32,911 nucleotides of DNA, from the NCBI GenBank assembly GCA_964495745.1, contig CAZBYM010000001.1:1-32911 (forward strand), read 5' to 3'. Made by a program: the position numbers and the translations under genes. Within the stretch, counting starts at the first letter, position 1, and each line of letters begins with the position of its first letter. This document shows, piece by piece, positions 15,928-25,573 of this stretch. Below the pieces are notes generated by a model that saw only the letters and a program-made list of their open reading frames with translations, did no database searches and had not been told where the DNA came from. The stretch is from an uncultured Chryseobacterium sp. (GTDB taxonomy: Bacteria; Bacteroidota; Bacteroidia; Palsa-965).

Positions 15928-17508
15928 ATGGCAGAAGTAAAACCAGCGGAAGTTTCCGCAATACTAAGACAACAACTTGCAGGATTCAAATCTGCAAAAG
16001 AACTTGAAGAAGTTGGAACTGTTCTCCAGGTTGGTGACGGTATCGCTCGCATTTACGGTCTTTCGAACGTAGGTTACGGCGAGTTGATCGAATTTGAAAA
16101 TGGGTTGCAAGGAATTGCATTGAACCTTGAAGAAGATAACGTTGGTGCCGTTTTGCTTGGTATTTCAACGGAAATTCGTGAAGGCTCTAACGTTAAACGC
16201 ACTGGACGAATCGCTTCGGTAAATGTTGGTGAAGGAATGCTTGGCCGAGTTGTTAACACGCTCGGAATTCCGATCGATGGAAAAGGACCGATTCAAGGTG
16301 AGACGTATGAAATGCCATTGGAGCGCAAAGCACCAGGTGTAATTTATCGTCAGCCAGTAAACGAACCTCTGCAAACCGGAATCAAAGCGATCGATGCGAT
16401 GATTCCTATTGGTCGCGGACAGCGAGAGTTGGTTATCGGCGATCGTCAGACTGGAAAAACTGCAGTTTGTATTGATACAATTATCAATCAGAAAGAATTT
16501 TACGAAGCAGGCGCTCCTGTATATTGTATCTATGTTGCAATCGGACAAAAAAGTTCGACTGTTGCAAACGTTGTTCGAGTTCTTGAAGAGAACGGTGCAA
16601 TGGCATACACTTGTGTCGTTTGCGCTGCAGCTGCTGATCCGGCTCCAATGCAATTCTACGCTCCAATGACTGGTGCTGCAATCGGAGAATTTTTCCGCGA
16701 CACCGGACGCCCTGCATTGATTGTATTTGATGATCTTTCAAAACAAGCCGTAGCATATCGTGAAGTATCACTTCTTCTTCGTCGCCCTCCCGGACGTGAA
16801 GCATATCCAGGTGACGTATTCTATTTGCACTCACGTATTCTTGAGCGGGCGGCAAAAGTGAACGCGTCAGATGAAGTTGCTCGTGCAATGAATGATCTAC
16901 CAGAATCTATCAAACATCTTGTAAAAGGTGGCGGATCACTTACTGCACTTCCGATTATCGAAACACAAGCAGGTGACGTATCTGCGTACATTCCAACAAA
17001 CGTAATTTCGATTACTGACGGACAGATTTTCCTTGAGTCGAATTTGTTTAACGCAGGTGTTCGTCCGGCGATTAACGTTGGTATTTCTGTATCACGTGTT
17101 GGTGGAAATGCGCAGATCAAATCGATGAAGAAAGTTGCAGGTACATTGAAACTCGATCAGGCACAGTATCGTGAATTGGAGGCGTTCGCAAAATTCGGTT
17201 CCGATCTTGATGCGGCTACTAAATCAGTAATCGACAAAGGATCCCGTAACGTAGAAATTTTGAAGCAAGGCCAGTTCTCTCCTTTCAAAGTAGAAGATCA
17301 GGTTGCAATTATTTATTGCGGAACGAAAGGATTGCTTCGCGATGTTCCAGTGAATAAGGTGAGAGAATTTGAAGCCGACTTCCTCGTGTACATGCGCAAC
17401 AAACATCCGAATGTAATGGCTGAATTGAAAGCCGGAAAATTTGATGAGACACACACTTCTGCATTGGAAGCAGCAGCGAAAGAACTTTCTGCAAAATACA
17501 AAGCATAA
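15928..17508 (+). CDS. atpA: F0F1 ATP synthase subunit alpha
   Basis: 526 aa with Walker A GDRQTGKT and near-universal alpha-subunit blocks ([29 protein letters not shown]-like, ITDGQIFLE). Confidence 0.97.
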   Translation: MAEVKPAEVSAILRQQLAGFKSAKELEEVGTVLQVGDGIARIYGLSNVGYGELIEFENGLQGIALNLEEDNVGAVLLGISTEIREGSNVKRTGRIASVNVGEGMLGRVVNTLGIPIDGKGPIQGETYEMPLERKAPGVIYRQPVNEPLQTGIKAIDAMIPIGRGQRELVIGDRQTGKTAVCIDTIINQKEFYEAGAPVYCIYVAIGQKSSTVANVVRVLEENGAMAYTCVVCAAAADPAPMQFYAPMTGAAIGEFFRDTGRPALIVFDDLSKQAVAYREVSLLLRRPPGREAYPGDVFYLHSRILERAAKVNASDEVARAMNDLPESIKHLVKGGGSLTALPIIETQAGDVSAYIPTNVISITDGQIFLESNLFNAGVRPAINVGISVSRVGGNAQIKSMKKVAGTLKLDQAQYRELEAFAKFGSDLDAATKSVIDKGSRNVEILKQGQFSPFKVEDQVAIIYCGTKGLLRDVPVNKVREFEADFLVYMRNKHPNVMAELKAGKFDETHTSALEAAAKELSAKYKA

Positions 17509-17559
17509 TTCCGGTCTGCGGTTGTTTGTCAACTTCTCCGCCGCGGCGGACAGTCTGAC

Positions 17560-17590
17560 AATCGTAAATCGTAAATCGTAAATCGTAAAT
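17560..17590 (+). repeat. Perfect 7-nt tandem repeat (aatcgta x4 plus aat) between atpA and atpG
   Basis: The sequence reads acaatcgtaaatcgtaaatcgtaaatcgtaaatgaaccgATG. The array ends 6 nt before the atpG start. The TAA inside each unit falls in all three frames. Confidence 0.95.
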
Positions 17591-17596
17591 GAACCG

Positions 17597-18472
17597 ATGC
17601 CTAGCTTAAAAGAAGTACGAAACCGGATCACCTCTGTATCATCTACACAGCAGATTACTTCTGCGATGAAGATGGTGTCTGCTGCGAAACTTCGTCGCGC
17701 ACAAGACGCAATCACTCAGATGCGCCCTTATGCAAACAAACTGCGTGAGATTCTGGAAAATCTAAGTGCAAGTCTGGATAGCAGCGAAGGAGTATATTCA
17801 CGCAAACGCGAAGCGAAAAAAGTTTTGGTCATTGTTGTCACTTCGAATCGTGGTTTGTGTGGCGGATTTAACTCTTCAGTCATCAAACGAGTTGCATCCG
17901 ACATCAAAGAGAATTACTCTTCGTCTCAGATTTCTTATTTAACAATTGGTAAAAAAGGAACAGATTTTTTCAAAAAAACAAAATATGCTGCTGCTTTTCC
18001 TGAGCTTGGCAATTTGAATAGTTTGTTCGATGGAATGAGTTATGTGAGGACAGCCCCGATTGCTGAGCGCATTATGAAATCATTCGCTGATGGGGAATTT
18101 GATAAAATTGTTCTTTACTATAATCAATTCAAAAATGCTGCTGTTCAGATTACACAAAGTGAGCAGTTTCTTCCTGTTGTTCCAACCAAAGGCGCAACTA
18201 AAGCGAGTAAATCTGATTATATTTTCGAACCCCGAAAAGAAGAAATCGTTCAGGATTTGATTCCTCGCTCATTGAAAACTCAATTATACAAAAGCTTGCT
18301 CGACTCATTCGCTTCTGAACACGGGGCAAGAATGACTGCAATGCATAAGGCTACAGATAACGCGAAAGATCTTCTCAAGAATCTTCGCATCACGTACAAC
18401 AAAGCGCGTCAGACATCAATCACCAATGAAATTTTGGAGATTGTGGGTGGTGCAGAAGCGTTGAAAGGGTAA
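17597..18472 (+). CDS. atpG: F0F1 ATP synthase subunit gamma
   Basis: 291 aa. N-terminal SLKEVRNRITSVSSTQQITSAMKMVSAAKLRRAQ and C-terminal ITNEILEIVGGAEAL are gamma-subunit signatures. Confidence 0.93.
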   Translation: MPSLKEVRNRITSVSSTQQITSAMKMVSAAKLRRAQDAITQMRPYANKLREILENLSASLDSSEGVYSRKREAKKVLVIVVTSNRGLCGGFNSSVIKRVASDIKENYSSSQISYLTIGKKGTDFFKKTKYAAAFPELGNLNSLFDGMSYVRTAPIAERIMKSFADGEFDKIVLYYNQFKNAAVQITQSEQFLPVVPTKGATKASKSDYIFEPRKEEIVQDLIPRSLKTQLYKSLLDSFASEHGARMTAMHKATDNAKDLLKNLRITYNKARQTSITNEILEIVGGAEALKG

Positions 18473-18540
18473 TTGTCAGACTGAGCGTCCTGAGCCTGTC
18501 GAAGGGTGAAGTTTGACTTCCAAAATCGTACATTTATTAA

Positions 18541-19467
18541 ATGACTCGAATCGCATTCCTCGGTCTCGGTGGTGTTGGCGGATATTTCGGCGCTAAACTC
18601 GCACGAACATTTTCGCAATCGAAAGAAGTTGAAGTAGTTTTTCTTGCACGTGAACGAACTGCAAAAATAATTTCCAAAAATGGAATTCGCCTGATTACTC
18701 CCCAGGAAGATTTTGTTGCCCAACCTTTCGCCGTTTCAAGTAACGGATCTGAAATCGGGACGGTTGACTTTCTAATCTGTTCCGTAAAGAGCTACGATCT
18801 CGAAGAAAGTCTGAAGCATTTCTCGGATTGCATCGGGCCGGAAACAATTATTCTTCCATTGCTTAATGGTGTAGATGCCACAGAGCGAATCAATAAAATA
18901 TTCCCGGATAACGAAATTTGGCACGGTTGCGTTTACATTGTGTCGCGATTAATGGAACCAGGTGTTGTCAAAGAAACCGGCAACATTCATTCACTGTTTT
19001 TTGGTAGCAATGATTTGCAATTGGGAAAGCTGCAATTGCTGGAACGCATTTTGAAAAAATCGCACGACGATATTTTTCTTTCAGCGAACATCAACGAAGT
19101 TGTCTGGGAAAAATTTGTTTTCATTTCAAGCATTGCAAGTTTAACAAGTCATCTTGATAAATCAATAGGTGAAATTCTTGCCAATGAAAACGATCGCAAA
19201 TTATTGTTGTTGCTGTTGCATGAAATTGCTTCTGTAGCTACTGCAAATGGAATTGTCCTTCCGGAAAATATTATTCCATTGACAATTTCTAAAATGGAAA
19301 AACTTCCATTTGAAACTACGTCGTCGATGCATAGTGATTTCAAAAATGGAAATCGCACCGAGCACGTTTCCTTAACGGGCCATGTTGTAAAATTGGCCGA
19401 TCAATATCACATGAAATGCCCTAATTACAGGCAGATTCTTTCATCGTTGGAGAATAAAGCCCGTTGA
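18541..19467 (+). CDS. panE: 2-dehydropantoate 2-reductase (ketopantoate reductase, ApbA/PanE family)
   Basis: 308 aa with an N-terminal Rossmann motif IAFLGLGGVGGYFGAKLA, then LLNGV, WEKFVF and SSMHSDFKNGNRTE motifs as in PanE/ApbA. Confidence 0.75.
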   Translation: MTRIAFLGLGGVGGYFGAKLARTFSQSKEVEVVFLARERTAKIISKNGIRLITPQEDFVAQPFAVSSNGSEIGTVDFLICSVKSYDLEESLKHFSDCIGPETIILPLLNGVDATERINKIFPDNEIWHGCVYIVSRLMEPGVVKETGNIHSLFFGSNDLQLGKLQLLERILKKSHDDIFLSANINEVVWEKFVFISSIASLTSHLDKSIGEILANENDRKLLLLLLHEIASVATANGIVLPENIIPLTISKMEKLPFETTSSMHSDFKNGNRTEHVSLTGHVVKLADQYHMKCPNYRQILSSLENKAR

Positions 19468-19527
19468 GCTGGAATGTTTTCGGAAGCCGATTCGTTTTCG
19501 TAATTTGCATTAACAAAAAACAGCATC

Positions 19528-20001
19528 ATGCAATCCAAAGCAACAACTCCCGATCAGTATTACGCCGAACTTCCTGAAGGCCGTAAGAAAGCAATGATCG
19601 AATTGCGCAAAGTCATCAAGAAAAATATTCCGAAAGGATTCAAAGAGATGATGGGTTACGGCATGGTTGGATTCTCTGTGCCGCATTCGATTTATCCTGC
19701 GGGTTATCATTGTGACCCAAAACTTCCATTGCCATTCATGGGACTTGCATCGCAGAAAAATTTCATTGCTGTTTACCACATGGGAATTTATGCCGATCCG
19801 AAATTGTTGAAATGGTTTACGAATGAATATCCCAAACACAGCAAAACGAAACTCGACATGGGAAAAAGTTGCCTCCGTTTCAAAAAACCTGAGCAGATAC
19901 CATTCAAACTCATTGGAGAATTGGCAAGCAAAATGACACCAAAAGAATGGATTGAATTGTATGAGCGTGCATTTGTAAAAACAAAATCAAATGGCCGGTA
20001 A
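19528..20001 (+). CDS. DUF1801 (YdhG-like) domain protein
   Basis: 157 aa. The call rests on pattern memory of the DUF1801 family (PDQYYAELPEGRKKAMIELRKVIKKNIP..KEMMGYGMVGF..) and is not verified. Confidence 0.55.
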   Translation: MQSKATTPDQYYAELPEGRKKAMIELRKVIKKNIPKGFKEMMGYGMVGFSVPHSIYPAGYHCDPKLPLPFMGLASQKNFIAVYHMGIYADPKLLKWFTNEYPKHSKTKLDMGKSCLRFKKPEQIPFKLIGELASKMTPKEWIELYERAFVKTKSNGR

Positions 20002-20055
20002 TTTCTTTCTTTGCGGTCATTACTTCATGGGTGTATTTACGTTTAACAAAAACTT

Positions 20056-20616
20056 ATGGCAATAATAAATCCAGAATTAATCTATGGACATTGGTGGATA
20101 AACAATAAAATGGGTAGTTACGATGGTCTGGAATTTGTGAAAGATGGGGAGTGCATTGGGACTAACTTTGATTTTTTTATTCCCAAAAACTGGAATTTGC
20201 ACGATAATAATTTGATTATTACGATGAAATTAAGGGAGAAGGAAAAAGTTATCGCAGTTACATACAATATTATTTCTATCTCCGCTGAAAAAATGATATT
20301 GTCCGATGTAGATGAGTATTTGCCTACTCAAGACATTTGGGAAAGAATCCATATGGGTGACTTTACAGACGAAATGTACGGAAGGTGGAATGGAGAAAAT
20401 GACTCTTTCCTTGAAATTGTTCCAAACAACCAGTTTGAAGTTTTTGTGCGTACAAAATATGATGATGATGAAGGAAATGTAATAGGAGATATCCGCGAGA
20501 ACGGAATACAATTTGAAGTGAATTATGAAGATGAATTTATTACGTTGGTCAAAGATAAATTAGACACAAGTAAATTTTGTATTCAATTAAAATCCGGTCG
20601 AAAATATTGGAAATAA
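20056..20616 (+). CDS. Hypothetical acidic cytoplasmic protein, AT-rich gene
   Basis: 186-aa ORF with no signal peptide. Two GxW-containing halves (YGHWWINNK.., YGRWNGEND..) hint at an internal duplication or a lipocalin-like fold. Composition is markedly AT-richer than the atp genes. Confidence 0.5.
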   Translation: MAIINPELIYGHWWINNKMGSYDGLEFVKDGECIGTNFDFFIPKNWNLHDNNLIITMKLREKEKVIAVTYNIISISAEKMILSDVDEYLPTQDIWERIHMGDFTDEMYGRWNGENDSFLEIVPNNQFEVFVRTKYDDDEGNVIGDIRENGIQFEVNYEDEFITLVKDKLDTSKFCIQLKSGRKYWK

Positions 20617-20930
20617 AACAATTATTTGGATGACGGCAGGCATTTGTAGTGTGTTTACACTTTGTGGAAGTTACAACCGCTAATGACTCTTGGCGATAAT
20701 TTGCACAGACGAAACAAAAAAAAATTGTGTGCCTTATTCAACCACTTGTGACAATAGACAGTTGATCACGACAAACACCAACTACTTGTATTCACAACCC
20801 GTTATTGCTTCTCGTATTTCAAGTAAAAATAAACAACTACTCAAAAAGTAGTAATCTCCCAATTGCGCGGTATTTTTTCAGAATAATCATAGATTAATCG
20901 CGTTTGAGTAGTGTTATATCCTTCACTTTA

Positions 20931-21287
20931 ATGTCACATCACAAAACAATCCTGAGTACAATTTGTGCAGCATTCTTCGCGATGCTGTTCTCGTTTCAGC
21001 TTCCCATTCATGACGTATATATTGTTCTACAAGAAGTCGATTCTGCTTCCAACATTTCACCAGTTTCAAATCAATCGTTTGTTTTCCTGACGAATCACAA
21101 TAGTGATACGTACAATTTGAAAACCGACGATACAGGAAAATCTCAAGCCATTTTTCTTGGTCGCGGGACATATAGAGAAAGCAAAGTGCTAGTTGATGGA
21201 TATAATGTGTCAACACGGCGCAAAATCAAGGTAAAGGGAGCTTCTAATCTGGAAGTTTTCATTCTTACAAAACAGCAGCAATATTAG
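20931..21287 (+). CDS. Hypothetical small secreted protein (possible carboxypeptidase-regulatory-like beta-sandwich)
   Basis: Internal ATG of track ORF 20904..21287, giving MSHHKTILSTICAAFFAMLFSF.. (signal/TM) followed by a ~90-aa beta-rich domain. Support is weak. Confidence 0.4.
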   Translation: MSHHKTILSTICAAFFAMLFSFQLPIHDVYIVLQEVDSASNISPVSNQSFVFLTNHNSDTYNLKTDDTGKSQAIFLGRGTYRESKVLVDGYNVSTRRKIKVKGASNLEVFILTKQQQY

Positions 21288-21343
21288 CCATCTATCAGCA
21301 TGGAAATTGGCCGGAATACCTCGCTTCTTCATAGTGCGCGTTT

Positions 21344-21405
21344 TAACACAGATTACACAGATTGCCGGGATTTCAAATCAAAAATAATCTGCGTAATCTG
21401 TGTTA
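21344..21405. promoter_or_regulatory. 20-bp near-perfect inverted repeat (19/20) with a 22-nt loop, 82 nt upstream of the T9SS cargo gene
   Basis: taacacagattacacagatt (21344-21363) pairs with aatctgcgtaatctgtgtta (21386-21405). There is no trailing T-tract. The left arm is itself a tandem cacagatt(a) duplication. Confidence 0.5.
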
Positions 21406-21487
21406 GAAGGCAAAGTAGCACACTAGAATAATATTGATGTAGATCAGAGGTGAAAGGTTTATCTTTATCTTCCACAAACCACTCTTC

Positions 21488-24241
21488 ATGAAAACACTTT
21501 TTACACTTGCAACAGCATTTATGCTTTGTGCTTTTTCGCCCACAATTTCTGCTACGGGTGGGCCTGATGCATATGGTTATACCTGGATTACTTCTCTTGA
21601 TGTTGGCGGCCCAACTTACAATTGGATCGATATCACTGCACGTCCCGGCGTTCAAACAGTTACCGGTTTAGCTGATGATAATTCAGCACCGGCAATGGCG
21701 CCACTAGGATTTAGTTTTCACTATTATTGGAACGATTATACGCAAATGAAAGTCGGCTCCAATGGCTGGTTAAGTTTCAATAACGTGAGCAACGTTGCTT
21801 CATGCTTCCCAACAATTCCTACGGCAGGTGGAGCAGGTGATAATCTACTTGCTCCTTTGATGGGAGATTTGAATTTTACGGGGGCAGGAAATATTGGAAA
21901 TGTAAGATACTGGTCAAACAACATCGACACGTTTATCATTTCGTATATCAATGTTCCGTTCTGGGTTGTATCTGCTCCAGGATGGGCAGGCTCAAACTCT
22001 TTTCAAGTGATCCTTTGCAATTCTGATAGTTCGATCACATTTCAATATGGTGCTCTTGGTGGATTTGTTGCCAGCGCCGGTTGCATTGACATGACAGTTG
22101 GAATTGAAAATAGTACAGGCGGAATTGGTTTGCAAGTGCACTCTGATGTTATGCCTCCGATGAATTATGTTATTCGATTTGAATATCCTGCTGTCGTTCT
22201 CCTGAGTATTCAGGATGCACTTCCATCGTGGAATGATAACGCTGCAAATGGCGCTAAATTTATTATTAATAATAACGCGTATAATTTGAGGAGTGATATT
22301 CGCAACGCGGGAAATACCGGAATTACCGCAGCGATTAACTTGACGGCAATTATTCAGAATGCGGTTCCGGCAACAGTGCATAGTACTTCCGGCTTAATTC
22401 CTTCACTCGCGGCCGGTGATGATTCGTTATATGCTTTCCCTTCACCGTGGACACCAACAGCTATAGGACAATACACTTTTCAAACTTCACTGACTTGTTC
22501 TCAGGATATTAATCCCGCCAATAATTCGTTGAGCACAGAACTCGAAGTTGTAGATGTATGTGGCAACAATATGGTATTGAGTTATAATACAACAGGGCTT
22601 CCAACGGGAACTCTTAACTGGAATGGCGGAGCAAACGACGATGGTGCGGCCGTATATTTTGCGCCACCGGTTTATCCGTACACGATTTCAGCTCTTCAAT
22701 ATTATATCAGCACAAACACCAGCGATGGTTTCATTGCACAGATTTATGATGATGATGGATTGAACGGTGGCCCGGGAACACAATTGTTTACTACGACTGT
22801 TCCTTCAACTTCTGTTGTTGCTGCATCCTGGAACACAGTGAACGTTACATCAACTGTAACATTGAACAGTGGCGGATTTTATGTTGTATGGCTGCAAGGT
22901 GGATCCACAATTTTTCTTGGAACAGAAACTGCGGGCCCGCGATCACATCACAACTACGAAATTCTGGATGCAGCATGGTCAACTTATCGCGCTGATGATG
23001 TGAATGATTTATACATCCGTTGTGCAATCAACAATTACGTTAACCTTCCAACAAGCGTTAGCTCCGCAGTTAGAAACGGCATGGATGCAATTTGCACCGA
23101 CATGTCAACCGGACTTGTAACAGGATGGCTATGGGATTTTGGTGATGCTACAACTTCAACACTTCAAAATCCTGTTCATACGTATTCTCTTCCCGGAACA
23201 TATACTGTGTGTTTAACGGCTTCTTCACCTTGCGGAACATCTCAGTCATGCAACACGATAAATGTTTGCGCATTACCAACTGCGGCCTATTCCTCAACTA
23301 CAAGTGCACTTAATGCAAATTTCACTGATCAATCTACAGGAACTGTCTTCTCTTATCAGTGGGATTTTGGCGATGCGTCAACTTCAACGCTGCAAAATCC
23401 ATCTCACACGTATGCAACACCCGGAACATATACAGTTTGTTTGATCGTTTCAAACTTGTGCGGAGACGCAGATACGATTTGTCAGACCGTGTCATTGTGC
23501 AATGGAAATACGGCTGGCTTCGGAAGTTCTTCGTCAGGATTGAATTCGACTTTCGGCGATCAATCGACAGGAGCCATTGATAACTACTTCTGGGATTTTG
23601 GCGATCCTGCTTCAGGGCCGGCGAACACATCAACGATTCAAAATCCTGTGCATACTTTCACTGCGCCGGGGATGTATACTGTTTGCCTCATCGTATCTAA
23701 TACTTGTGGTTTCGCTGACACAACTTGTCAGACTGTTACAGTTTGCGAATTGAATACAGCTTCTTTCTCGAATACTACAAATGAAGATTCCGTATTCGTA
23801 ACCGATATGTCAACAGGCGCAATCGCAACATGGCTTTGGGATTTCGGCGACGGAAATTTCTCTTCTCTTCAGAATCCCGGAACACATCTGTACGCAACGG
23901 GTGGAGTCTATCTTGTTTGCTTAACAACGACAGACACATGCGGAATTGTTGATTCCGTTTGCCAAACGGTAATCATCATGATAACAGATATTCGTGCAGG
24001 TTCGCTTGAGCCTGTTTCAATTTATCCAAATCCGGCAAATGATGTTCTGTTTGTGAACATGAACGGAACAACAGTATCAGCTGTGGAAATCTTCAACATG
24101 ACAGGACAAATTGTTTACACGTCAGGAAATGAACAAAATTCAATATTTGAAATTAATGTTTCAGAACTTGCTGCAGGAATGTATACTGTTCGCGTAATTA
24201 ATGCTGACGGAGTTTCAGTAAGAAGATTCACGAAAGAATAA
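21488..24241 (+). CDS. Secreted multi-domain protein with four PKD-like repeats and a T9SS C-terminal sorting domain
   Basis: 917 aa with a signal peptide and an N-terminal GGPDAYGYTW.. domain. There are four WDFGD..(T/S)(L/I)QNP.H(T/L)(Y/F)..(P/G)G.Y.VCL repeats. The C-terminus IYPNPANDVLFVN...GMYTVRVINADG..RRFTKE is typical of Por_Secre_tail CTDs. Confidence 0.85.
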   Translation: MKTLFTLATAFMLCAFSPTISATGGPDAYGYTWITSLDVGGPTYNWIDITARPGVQTVTGLADDNSAPAMAPLGFSFHYYWNDYTQMKVGSNGWLSFNNVSNVASCFPTIPTAGGAGDNLLAPLMGDLNFTGAGNIGNVRYWSNNIDTFIISYINVPFWVVSAPGWAGSNSFQVILCNSDSSITFQYGALGGFVASAGCIDMTVGIENSTGGIGLQVHSDVMPPMNYVIRFEYPAVVLLSIQDALPSWNDNAANGAKFIINNNAYNLRSDIRNAGNTGITAAINLTAIIQNAVPATVHSTSGLIPSLAAGDDSLYAFPSPWTPTAIGQYTFQTSLTCSQDINPANNSLSTELEVVDVCGNNMVLSYNTTGLPTGTLNWNGGANDDGAAVYFAPPVYPYTISALQYYISTNTSDGFIAQIYDDDGLNGGPGTQLFTTTVPSTSVVAASWNTVNVTSTVTLNSGGFYVVWLQGGSTIFLGTETAGPRSHHNYEILDAAWSTYRADDVNDLYIRCAINNYVNLPTSVSSAVRNGMDAICTDMSTGLVTGWLWDFGDATTSTLQNPVHTYSLPGTYTVCLTASSPCGTSQSCNTINVCALPTAAYSSTTSALNANFTDQSTGTVFSYQWDFGDASTSTLQNPSHTYATPGTYTVCLIVSNLCGDADTICQTVSLCNGNTAGFGSSSSGLNSTFGDQSTGAIDNYFWDFGDPASGPANTSTIQNPVHTFTAPGMYTVCLIVSNTCGFADTTCQTVTVCELNTASFSNTTNEDSVFVTDMSTGAIATWLWDFGDGNFSSLQNPGTHLYATGGVYLVCLTTTDTCGIVDSVCQTVIIMITDIRAGSLEPVSIYPNPANDVLFVNMNGTTVSAVEIFNMTGQIVYTSGNEQNSIFEINVSELAAGMYTVRVINADGVSVRRFTKE
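23080..23960 (+). repeat. Four tandem PKD-domain-coding units (about 230-245 bp each) inside the cargo gene
   Basis: tgggattt(t/c)gg(t/c)ga recurs near 23131, 23360, 23591 and 23837. Confidence 0.8.
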
Positions 24242-24255
24242 TTTTTTCTATTGCG

Positions 24256-24292
24256 AAAAGTCGTCTTGCCAATGGCAGGGCGACTTTTTTAT
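24256..24292 (+). terminator. Intrinsic terminator after the T9SS cargo gene
   Basis: aaaagtcgtcttgcc-aat-ggcagggcgactttttt: an 11-bp stem (two G-U pairs) extended by A/T pairing and followed by a T-tract, 15 nt after the stop. Confidence 0.7.
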
Positions 24293-24342
24293 TGGACCAG
24301 TTTTTGGAAAGCATAAAGAAAACATGATCTGGCGCACAGAAA

Positions 24343-24350
24343 TAGTTTTG
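24343..24350 (+). promoter_or_regulatory. -7 box TAnnTTTG (tagttttg) upstream of the saccharopine dehydrogenase family gene
   Basis: The sequence reads aaatagttttgggt 59 nt upstream of the ATG at 24409. Confidence 0.4.
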
Positions 24351-24408
24351 GGTACATAGTAATTTCGTTTTTCAGTAGAGGAAATGTAGTTACTAAAGGC
24401 AGTAATAA

Positions 24409-25548
24409 ATGAAAAATATTCTCGTTCTCGGTGCAGGGCTGGTAGGGAAAACCATCGCTATTGATCTTTGCAAAAATTACAACGTAACCAGCGCTGATGT
24501 TAATGAAACTGCGTTGGCACAACTGAGGAATCAACATCCGATTAAAACCGTTGTTGCCGATTTGAGCATCTCGAAAAACGTCCACGACCTTGTACAACCA
24601 TTCGATCTTATCATAGGAGCCGTTCCTGGCTTCATGGGATTTAAGACACTCAAGACAATTATTGAAGCGGGAAAAAATGTGGTTGATATTTCGTTTTTTC
24701 CGGAAGATCCGTTTGATTTAGATCTGCTGGCTACCAAACACAATGTTACCGCAATTGTCGACTGTGGTGTTGCTCCGGGAATGTGCAATGTTCTCGCTGG
24801 TTACCACAACACAAAAATGAAACTGGAAAGTTATGAATGTATGGTTGGTGGACTGCCAATGGTTCGAGAATGGCCATTTGAATACAAGGCTGTCTTTTCG
24901 CCTATTGATGTGATTGAAGAATATACGCGACCAGCCCGTTACATTGAAGATGGAAAGTTGGTCGTGCGAGAAGCGTTATCGGATGCGGAGTATATCAATT
25001 TTGAGAATATCGGCACTCTCGAGTCCTTCAACACCGATGGTCTGCGAACGCTCGCTTTCACACTTCCGCGTGTTCCGAACATGAAAGAAAAAACATTGCG
25101 TTATCCGGGCCACATTGCACTGATGCGGGTTTTCCGGGAAACAGGATTTTTCAATAAGGAGAAAATACCTGTCAATGGAGTAGAAGTTTCTCCTCTTGAA
25201 TTCACATCAAAACTTCTCTTCCCAAAATGGAAACTCCAAGATGGTGAAGAAGATTTTACAATTATGCAAGTTGTCCTGAAAGGGAAAGACTCTTCCGGAA
25301 AAAGTCTCAAACACGTGTACACTCTTCACGATAAATTTGATTCCACAAATCAAGCCACATCAATGGCGCGCACAACAGGATTCACTTGCACAGCAGCTGC
25401 TCAACTCTTTCTGCAAAACAAATTTTCTCAAAAGGGAATTTGTCCACCGGAATATCTTGGACAGAATGAGAAGTGCTTTGAATCGATGTTGAAGTATCTT
25501 GAAGAGAGAAACGTGAAATATTCATGTGTTACAACAGCTGGAGACTAA
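24409..25548 (+). CDS. Saccharopine dehydrogenase family NAD(P)-binding protein
   Basis: 379 aa with the N-terminal Rossmann motif NILVLGAGLVGKTIA. Length and the GVAPG, TLRYPGH blocks resemble Sacchrp_dh family proteins. Substrate is not inferable. Confidence 0.75.
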   Translation: MKNILVLGAGLVGKTIAIDLCKNYNVTSADVNETALAQLRNQHPIKTVVADLSISKNVHDLVQPFDLIIGAVPGFMGFKTLKTIIEAGKNVVDISFFPEDPFDLDLLATKHNVTAIVDCGVAPGMCNVLAGYHNTKMKLESYECMVGGLPMVREWPFEYKAVFSPIDVIEEYTRPARYIEDGKLVVREALSDAEYINFENIGTLESFNTDGLRTLAFTLPRVPNMKEKTLRYPGHIALMRVFRETGFFNKEKIPVNGVEVSPLEFTSKLLFPKWKLQDGEEDFTIMQVVLKGKDSSGKSLKHVYTLHDKFDSTNQATSMARTTGFTCTAAAQLFLQNKFSQKGICPPEYLGQNEKCFESMLKYLEERNVKYSCVTTAGD

Positions 25549-25573
25549 ATTTCTTCCAGAATATCCGGTCATT

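Noticed and set aside
16165-17715. Long antisense ORFs inside atpA/atpG (162 aa at 16165..16653, 134 aa at 16484..16888, 163 aa at 17224..17715).
   Set aside because: They lie wholly within strongly recognisable genes on the other strand, have low-complexity or odd composition, and match no recognisable motif. They are typical shadow ORFs.
18473-18515. The string ctgagcgtcctgagcctgtcgaagggtgaag after atpG is reminiscent of a short dispersed hairpin repeat (tcaccc..tgagcctgtcgaa..gggtga) that I associate with some Bacteroidota genomes.
   Set aside because: There is only one degenerate copy here and the stem is not intact (gcgtcc versus gggtga). I cannot verify the family without a search. The antisense 104-aa ORF 18409..18723 reading through it is not credible.
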